The position numbers were made by a program, and so were the translations under genes. Below the pieces are notes generated by a model. That model did no database searches. It had not been told where the DNA came from and saw only the letters and a program-made list of their open reading frames with translations. A DNA stretch of 14,889 bases. Source: Vitrella brassicaformis CCMP3155. Taxonomy: Eukaryota > Protista > Chromerida. Where the stretch lies: the NCBI GenBank assembly GCA_001179505.1, contig CDMY01000862.1, positions 1 through 14,889 on the forward strand, written 5' to 3'. Positions 1 through 7,720 of the stretch are shown here, piece by piece (within the stretch, counting starts at the first letter, position 1; every line of letters begins with the position of its first letter).

Positions 1-686
1 CGCTGCGCTGGTTGCAGTGCAGTGCACTCACTGCCGACTTATCTCTGTTTTGGCGGCGGCAGGGTGCAGGCTGGTGGGAAACGAGGCTGACAGACGTGTG
101 GGTATTGTTTGCACGGCTGTGGGCTGGACGGCGAGGGGCAGAGAGCGTTTCTGTGCGGCTGTGGCGAAAGCGGGGGAAAACCGAAAGCGCACAGCTTCTC
201 TTTTTCTTTTTTTGCCGTCTCCGTCTCAAATTCTCGTCGAAATGGAAATCTACTTCGCTGTAAATGTTGCTGTCGTCTCGCACGCGGTGTGCGCCTGCAG
301 GTGCAAGCCGCTTCTTTCTGACGTGTGTGTTGTCCATAGACGCCACGCGAACTCTGACTGACAAAGGGAGAGAGACACTCCCGGCTTTGCTGTGCGCGAA
401 GGCCACCAGGGAGAAGGCCATCGTGGCGGTGGGACGCAGCTATGTATAACGTCCACTGCGAAAGGCTGACGACCGATGCTGATTTGCTGCTGAGTCATTA
501 CCACAATGACATTAGATCTTCCGGTCCAGCTGCACTCGTTTCGTCAACAAGATGCACACATCGTTCCGGCCATCCATTAATGCGATGAATCTGTACGTCG
601 GTTTCTCATGTACCCAGCTGCACACACAAGCCTCCCTTGATCTACAGTACCTGCCTCTATCTATTCTCTATCCATACAAGTCCATC

Positions 687-710
687 CCTGCAGCCTGGCC
701 AGGCTGCAGG
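687..710. repeat. Perfect 24-bp palindrome CCTGCAGCCTGG/CCAGGCTGCAGG
   Basis: Read directly from the sequence; lies 80 nt past the stop codon of the minus-strand coiled-coil gene. Confidence 0.9.
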
Positions 711-789
711 CCCTTCAATCAATGAATGACGCAGGCAGGCCTGGCTACCCTCTTCATGCATGCTTCCCATTTGTCTGTCCATCAATCCA

Positions 790-3700
790 TCACACCTTCA
801 TGCCATCGAGGATGGCCTGCGCATCGCAAGACACACACACACACACACACACAGCGTCTCCAAGGGCCGTACGTACGGAGTGCATGTGCAGTGTGTGTAC
901 CTTGGCTTGTTTGAGCGCCTCTATTTCCTGGTCCCTGGCCGTCTGGCGAATGTCGAAGTTCTTCATAATGAAGTCACACGACTGGTGCACACTGCCGGCA
1001 TAGCTGGCCAACTGCTCCAGGTCGGTCATGACCCCCGCATGGTCCTGCTTGGCCTGAGTGAGGTCCATCTCTGCCGTGGCCTTGCTCTCCGACTTGTTGG
1101 TGATGTCCCGCTGCTTTGCCTCGATGTCCGCATTAGAATCCTGACATGAAGCATGTACAGCACACACACATGCTAGATGGAGGGCGTTGTGTCTCTGTGC
1201 ATCATATACATTCAGTACTCACCTTGACGAACGTTTCGTATGCGGCCTGTGCGTCCTGTTCCGCGTTGACGGCCTCCTTCTCCATGTCGGCGGCGTCATG
1301 TGTATCTGCTCCAGCATGGATATGACCCCACGGGACCCGCCCTAGTTCTCATATGACTTGAACCCGGGGGGAGGTGGGGGACCGGCGGCTGGCTCCTGCT
1401 GCTGCTGATGCTGCTGCTGGGCGGTGGTGGCCTGGATGAGCTCTGTGCCGCTGGGCGGGGCGACAGCCTCCTTCTCGTAAAAGGCCTTCAGCACCTGCAA
1501 GTCAGAGGAGAGAAAGAGCGCCAGGCAGGAGGGCTGTCTGTCTAGGTGTGGGTGTGCAATGTGTGTTGACCGACCGACCTGTATGGCTTGAGCGATCAGC
1601 TTCTGGGCCTCCTGCTGATCTCTTATGGTAGCCTGCATACATACATACATAGATTGCACACAGAAGTGTAGCAGCCAGCAATCGGCTGAGTTCACTCCTC
1701 GCCTCCAGTGTGTGTCTCGAGTGTGTATTCAACATCATCCCTGTGTGAGAAGATACCTGCCTGGAAGTCGGCGTTTTCCTTCTCCCTGCCCGCTGTATCT
1801 GCAGCTGCGACTCCTTGATCTCGGCCTCCAGTGTCTCAATCTCCTTGCCGAGTGTGCTGATGGACTGTTCCAGCTCATCGATCTTGATCTCCAGGTCACC
1901 CCTGTCGCGTGTCTTGATGTCCGTCTGACGCTCGTTGGTATTGAGCTCACTGATACACCTACACATTACAGATGTGGTGTGCGTGCACAGGTGGAAAGGA
2001 CACACAGAGGTACACATGATAGATATGCGAACATAGGGTGCAGGCATACCATACCTACCAGTCTCTGTGTGTGATTTCATCCTGTTTCTCCTTGGTCAGC
2101 TGCTCGACCATGTTATCTATCGCCTGTCCCAAAGCATCCCAACACAATCACACACGCATAGACTCCCTGTTGGCTCTGCCGGCATGGATGTGTCTGCGTA
2201 TTCACTCACCTTCTTGACTTTTTTGAACGGGTCACCGCCCATTGATGTGGCGATGGCCAGCAGCTCCTTGGGGTGCAGTGCAGTGGAGTTGCCAGCCGCC
2301 CTGCGGATGAGGGACGCAGCGGCATCACGCACACTGCGGCCCGACAAGTCGCGCATCCGGCGAAGGGAATGGACACGCACCTGAACCACACACATACATG
2401 TTATGTTCCTTCCAGTATCCACTGTTTTGTGGCCGAGCGCTGAGTATGGATTGGTACGGTACCCTACCTACCTGCATGAGTGAGGGGTTGAATGTGCTGG
2501 TGAATGTGTCGTGTGCGTCGTCGTTGCTGAGGATGGCGATCGCCTGAGTCACCGCCTGCAGCTCCTCTTGACGCGTCTGTGCACAGACAGACCAACAGAA
2601 CACCGACCAGCACAGAAGAACGCCAGGTAGGGTAGGTAAGGGTGGACGTCCTGCCAATTCCGTGTTCTGATCCATCCATCGGCTGCCTTGCCTTTTGCCT
2701 CTGGTTCCATTCCTCGTCTGTCTGCTGGCACTTGACCTTCAAGTCCATCAGATACCGCTGGTCGGCGCCGAGGGAGTTGCGCGTGTCCTCAATGTCCTGC
2801 TTAGCCTGCACACACACACATATACACAGACATGTACATGACATGCACCGCTGATCCATCCATCCATGCCTGCAGTCTGTCTGCATACATTCCAATTTAC
2901 CTGCGCAAGTTTCTCCTTAGTGTCTGCGAGGTTGACGGTCTTCTGCTCCATTTGCTCGCGGCCTGCATTGATCTCGGCCTCCTTGGCGGCCTTGAGCTCC
3001 TCATACGCCTGACCAACGACCGGCACATATAGGAGAAATGGGTGATGCCGTGCAGCCAATGTCTCTCTTCATGGCTGCGTGCCTTTTGTTTTTGCAGCTC
3101 CTCTTTTTGGGCGTCGGACATGTTGGCCTCGAAGTTGTCCTTCATGTCGCGCAGAATGCCGAAGATCTCACCTGCTCACCACACACACGCAAAGAGAATT
3201 TGCTATGGTAAGACTCAAGTTACATACACCTTTCTTTTATGCTGTGTAGTGTACCTGACTGCGGTGCATATGGCTGTTTGAATGTTGGGCTCTGGCTGAG
3301 GTGGTCGGCCGGCTGCTGCAGGAAGGACCGAATGCGGCTGCCGGCCACTTTATCGCCCAGCATCCACTTGTACTTGGTGCTCATCGACCGCACCATAGTC
3401 CGGATGTTGAGGAGCGTCTCGGGCGGCGGGGCGTGATGCTTCGACAGCACAGTGATGGCCGCCTTCAGCGCCTGGATGGACTGCAGCATGTCCTGCACCC
3501 CACCCAACACGCACACAAACACACAAACACAATGCGTCAAGATGCATGGAGGAGGATGGATTGATAGAGGGATGGATGGATGGATGGATACATATGATAT
3601 GTACCTTTTCCTCTTCTGAGAACTCTCCATGTTCTTTGTCCCGTATCTCTGTGGCCTGTGCAAGTGCCTTGATGTTCGCGGCGATCTCCTCGTTGTGGTT

Positions 3701-4283
3701 CTTGATCTCCTGCTCCAGACGGGCTGATGTTGCCGTGTGCGCCTCGATGGCCGCCGTCAGCTGGGAGATCCGGGCCTCCGCCTCCTCTATGGCTGCACAC
3801 AAAGATGGACGGCACATCAGCTGGAGGCGACGTGTACGTCTCCTTCCCTTGTTTGTCCTCCCGCATTCACCTTTGGTTTTGTCTTTGTAATTCTTTTCGC
3901 ACCAGCAGCTCAGCTTGTCAAAGATCTCCTCATCCTGCACCGGACAGACACCATGGCGTGCGCGAAACACGCAGGGCGAAACGGGTGTCTGCCGACCGAC
4001 CAAGATCTCTGTCCGTACCTCTTGCTGCTCCTTCTCCAGCTGGACCTTCATGTCCTTCAGGAGGACTACCACCTTGGATACTGGTTGAGGGCCACGACAC
4101 GCAACACACAGTACACAGCATCCACGCATCCCGCCCTCCCTGTGGTGATCTTCCGCAGATCTTACTCGGCCTCTTCTTGTTGGCGTCCGCCCTCGTAGCC
4201 AGGCGTGTGGCGAGGCGGCCGGCAGCCACATTCCCCGCCAACTGCAGAAGGCCGATGATGAAGCCGATGACGGCAGCTCTCAT
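790..4283 (-). pseudogene. Secreted alveolate-type coiled-coil protein (about 700 codons, 16 exons) with a two-fold internal repeat; disrupted by an in-frame TAG and a 1-nt frameshift in exon 14
   Basis: Exons spliced by hand: 4283-4166, 4080-4019, 3934-3871, 3792-3605, 3492-3255, 3171-3083, 3008-2901, 2805-2692, 2576-2472, 2380-2210, 2123-2059, 1958-1757, 1632-1579, 1494-1223, 1140-901, 816-790. Hydrophobic N-terminus MRAAVIGFIIGLLQLAGNVAA. Motifs PISKVVVLLKDMKVQLEKEQQEDEEIFDKLSCWC, YAPQSGEIFGILRDMKDNFE and EIEALKQAKAIL resemble a family I recall from dinoflagellate and chromerid proteomes. TAG at 1344-1342. Exon 14 is 272 nt between phase-0 splice sites. Confidence 0.75.
831..853. repeat. 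Intronic (AC)n microsatellite, one of many in the window
   Basis: Uninterrupted AC run in the last intron of the coiled-coil gene, close to its 3' splice site. Confidence 0.9.
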
Positions 4284-4487
4284 GACGGAATGGGCACTTA
4301 TGAGGCCTTTTCGGTGGTTCAGGAAAGGCGAGAAACGGAGAAGGACTTCTGGCGGCCTTTCGTGAAGGATTGCAGGCGGGGAGCCGGGCGCTGGCCGGGA
4401 TAAATATTAGATCAGGCTCGCAGACGAGTGCACCAAGGTTGGCTGCCGCTGCGTGTATCGGCGTTATCTCAATTCGCGGTACATTCG
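4284..4487. promoter_or_regulatory. Short divergent intergenic region between the coiled-coil gene and POLD2 (putative bidirectional promoter)
   Basis: Head-to-head ATGs at 4283 (minus) and 4488 (plus), 204 bp apart. No specific promoter element identified. Confidence 0.5.
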
Positions 4488-5914
4488 ATGGGCCTGGATT
4501 TCCTTCGCAAGCCTCAGGGGGCTGTAGATCTGCACAAGTCCGGCGGTGGCAACCCATCCCTTTCGCGCACCCAGCTGCCGTACGAGAACCTCAGCAAGCG
4601 GTTCCTGGTATCGACGGGCCAGTACAGCCAGCAGTACTCGTCTCTCTACTACGTGCGCCTGGAGCTGCTGGGAGAGGCCGTCCTCAGGGCGGCGCGGGCC
4701 AAGTGGGGAGGGCAGCTGTCGAATGCGCAGTTCCTGGAGGCGCTCAAGAAAGCCAAGGAGGGCGGCGAGTGCGTGGTCATCGGCACCCTCTACAAATCCA
4801 TGACGTACGTTGTTTCACACACACCATCCATAGCCTACCCTACCACGTTCCTTGGCTGTCGCTGGTTAGGCTCAAGCCGTCGGTGCTGCACGAGTACATG
4901 AAGCACCTGGCCATCGAGGGGCCCATGGACAAGTACATCTCCGACAGCGACACCCTCTACCTCGAGGACCAGACGGCTCGCGTCCAGCTGCTGGGCAACA
5001 CCCCGCCCGTCGGCAATGTCACCACCGGCCTCATCGTGGCCGTCAGAGGCCGCATGTCGGACGCATGCTTCCACGCAACCGACTACTGCCTGGCGGGCGC
5101 CACCAGCCCCACCCCAGGACCTGCCCCCTCCCCGGAGGCCCCCCGGTACGTCGCCTTTGTGTCGGGGCTGCGGTTCGGAGACGCGTCGGCCAACGAGGTG
5201 CATCTGCGTCTGCTGCACGAGTACCTGCTGGGCAGCAGCGGCAGTGCTGAGCAGAAGGAGCAGGCGTCGCGCATCGGTCGACTGATAGTGGTGGGCGACA
5301 CGCTGGCCGCCGTCAAGACCGAGGGCTTCGACGTCAAGGTGGTGGAGCAGGCCGACGGGTGGCTGGGGGAGGTGAGCGCCACCCTGCCCGTCGACGTCAT
5401 GCCGGGTGCCACCGACCCCTGCAACGCCACGCTGCCGCAGCAGCCCATCCACGCCGCACTCTTCCCCCACTCCCGCCGGCAGGCCGACACATTCCAGTCG
5501 GTGACCAACCCCTACGACTGCCGGGTCGGTGGCGTCCGCATCATCGGCACCTCGGGGCAGCCCGTCAGGGACCTCATGGCCTTCTCGTCATGCACCACAC
5601 CCCTGGACGCACTCAAGCTGACCGTCCAAGCCCGCTGCCTGGCGCCCACGGCCCCCGACACCATGGGGTGCTACCCATTCACCAAATCCGACCCCTTCTG
5701 CATGGTCAATCAGGACACCGGGGAGGGGGCCAGTGTCATCTTCTCGGGAGGCCACGACCGGGTGCAGTACGAGCGGCTGGGGGTCGGGGGGGAGGGCGGG
5801 GGAGAAGGTCAGGGTCCGCTGTGCGTGTGTGTGCCCGACTTTAGTGTGGAGCCGGTGGTGGTGCTGGTCGACATCGACACACTCGAGGTAGACCTAGTTG
5901 AGTTCGGGGCATAG
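4488..5914 (+). CDS. POLD2: DNA polymerase delta small subunit (Pol31/Cdc1 family), 453 aa, 2 exons (4488-4804, 4870-5914)
   Basis: Family motifs YENLSKRF..QYSQQYSSLYYVRL, VIGTLYKSMTLKPSVLHEY (joined across a 65-nt GT-AG intron at 4805-4869), LYLEDQTARVQL, VDVMPGATDPCNATLPQQPIH, VTNPY, GTSGQPV, APTAPDTMGCYPF..DPF and CVPDFS. Confidence 0.95.
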
Positions 5915-6445
5915 CTGAAGGAACCTAGGAACGTAGCTTGCTTGCTGAAGAGGGCAGGGCGGGTGGAGGGAGGGGGACGGAGGGGGTGGGCGGATGTGTG
6001 TTGGTGTGCATAGAAGATGGACAGACGGATGGGCGAAAGAAAGGGGGGGCTGGCTTTATTCACTGAACGATGGTTTAAGTGTACAGACAACCAGACAGAC
6101 AGACAGACAGACTGCAGCTGATGAATGGTTGATACTTCGTACACGCGACCAACCGACTGACTGACTGACTAGTGGCACCACAATGCACGCCGGGTGCGTG
6201 GCGCGCTGTCTGTGTATCCGTCCTTGGATGGATGGATAGATGGACCCCTCCCTCCCTCCCTCCCTCGTACATCTATTCACGCACGAACGCACATCCACTC
6301 ACCCACCCATCCACAGACGCGCGTCAATGGGTACACACGGTCACCGATGGTACGCATCCCAACAATTGCTTCACTGTACAGTCAATGCCTCCACATCAAT
6401 AACACCCGGCAAGGCTCCCATTCTCCTCTCCCCACTGTCCAACAG

Positions 6446-7314
6446 TCAGCCTCTCCCCCCGTCAGTCACGCCATCTGTCTGTGTCTTGTGTGCTGGCAGC
6501 CGTGTCGGCAGCTCCAGGCTGCTCGGGTTCTGCGTGTCGCACACCGACGGCCAGCTGCACTCACATGAACAGCCCCTCACTTTGCGGAGCGTCACCGACA
6601 CTCGCCGCCCCCTCTTGAGGATTCGCCCGTCGACACAGTCGGTGCGCCGGGATGCAATGTAGTGTGCCCTAGGGATAGATAGATGGACAACATAACATAC
6701 ACACGACACGCGGCAAGCAAACGAGTGAGTGCATGAAGGGACCGGACCTATCATGGTGTCCATGTGCTCTTCTCCCTCCGCACGCTCACGCACCATGCAT
6801 ATCTCGCTTCGCCTTTGAATATGAGCAGGGAGCCCTTGGTAAGGTACAGGAGCTTCCGATCACACGGCTGTGGTGAATCATCGGCGGCAGCCCTCCTTCG
6901 GAACTCCATGACACAGCCGCTGCCCAACGAGAGCGTGCCGATAGCATCTTCGAACGCCGAATGGGTGTCGATGTGACATCCAATGCCCTCGCCGACATTG
7001 TACTCGTTGACGGTGATCTGATCGGTATCGTCAAGAGGCAAACCCGCCAGCCTTATCTTGCTCAAGAGCCCATCAAACATCGGCGGCAGGTCGCCCACGC
7101 GCTTGCTGATGTCGACAGACTTGGAAGCGTAGCAGAATGCATAACCATAGTGCTGTGTGCGACGCCTTGTAATGCTCTCGGTCCCCCATCGCTCATCAAT
7201 GGCCGACCGCAGGGCCTCCTGTTCGCTGGCACTTAGGAAGTCCTCGATAAGCTGCAGGCCGGGGACGACGACATCTCGCGTGACGCTCGTGCAGGTAGGG
7301 CTCGGAAGTCTCAT
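6446..7314 (-). CDS. ALKBH8: ALKBH8-like 2OG-Fe(II) dioxygenase: AlkB domain plus C-terminal Cys-rich Zn motif; start codon uncertain
   Basis: Motifs PGLQLIEDFLS, RRTQHYGYAF, DQITVNEY..GEGIGCHIDTH (HxD), SLGSGCVMEF, LLIFKGEARYAWAHYI (second iron-binding His, joined across GT-AG intron 6793-6669), RRVSVTLRKV and CECSWPSVCD (compare human CNCSYPLVCD). The ORF-track start at 7422 is GTG; the first in-frame ATG is 7314. An ATG at 7405 would join in frame only through a 31-nt intron (7352-7322). Confidence 0.85.
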
Positions 7315-7509
7315 CAGAGGGCTGGCAAAAGCAGCAGAAAGGACAGACGGACCTGCACGAAGGATGGCCACGTAGATCGTTCTGGGATCTTCCTCTTTTC
7401 TCCATACCTTGTCGGTGTCCACTGTGCTGCAGCCCTTTTCTGGGAGGAGAGGGGGGAAGAACAGGAAGGAAAAAGATCGCCAGATGAGCTCGCAGGCGAC
7501 TGGGGAGGG
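7315..7509. promoter_or_regulatory. Short divergent intergenic region between the ALKBH8-like gene and PPR-ArgC (putative bidirectional promoter)
   Basis: Head-to-head starts at 7314 or 7405 (minus) and 7510 (plus). Strongly purine-skewed tract on the plus strand at 7441-7475. Confidence 0.5.
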
Positions 7510-7720
7510 ATGGAGATATCCCTTGTGTTGGTGATTCTGCTCAATGAAGTCATCGTATTCAATGCTGCATCGGCTTTCCTATCAACTCACGGCGGATCTG
7601 CATTCAGGGCGAGACCGTCAAGCGTCTGGCGGCTGCAGAAGAGACCACCATCATCCAATGCACGTGGCCGCCTGCCAGGACGGGAGTCGGCGCCTCTATC
7701 GGCTGCCTTTATGTCCCCCG
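7510..7720 (+). other. Predicted bipartite targeting leader (signal peptide plus transit peptide) for a complex plastid
   Basis: MEISLVLVILLNEVIVFNAASA followed by F gives an ASA-F cleavage motif with Phe at +1. The next ~35 aa are Ser/Arg-rich and lack acidic residues (FLSTHGGSAFRARPSSVWRLQKRPPSSNARGRLPGR). Confidence 0.7.

Noticed and set aside
1-520. Short ORFs on both strands at the left edge
   Set aside because: No recognisable domain or consistent exon chain. It may be UTR or promoter of a gene outside the window, but I cannot support a call.
1342-1344. Stop-codon readthrough or TAG reassignment in the coiled-coil gene
   Set aside because: TAG terminates POLD2 normally at 5912-5914, and a frameshift follows about 40 nt later, so readthrough alone would not restore the protein.
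4370-4869. N-terminal 165 aa of the 514-aa ORF as part of POLD2
   Set aside because: This is an open frame running upstream through exon 1 and the intron. The conserved POLD2 N-terminus is in another frame (ATG 4488) and joins through intron 4805-4869.
4835-5470. Long antisense ORFs over POLD2 (also over PPR-ArgC, e.g. 9266-9934)
   Set aside because: These are expected shadow frames of GC-rich coding sequence with no motifs.
5915-6445. Repeat-rich convergent intergenic region as an ncRNA, mobile element or CRISPR-like array
   Set aside because: Only simple tetranucleotide repeats (CAGA, CTGA, GATG, CCCT). No terminal repeats, spacers, tRNA fold or transposase remnant seen.
7420-7422. ORF-track start for the ALKBH8-like gene
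   Set aside because: The codon is GTG, which is unlikely to be a eukaryotic start. ATG 7314, or ATG 7405 with a very short intron, is preferred.
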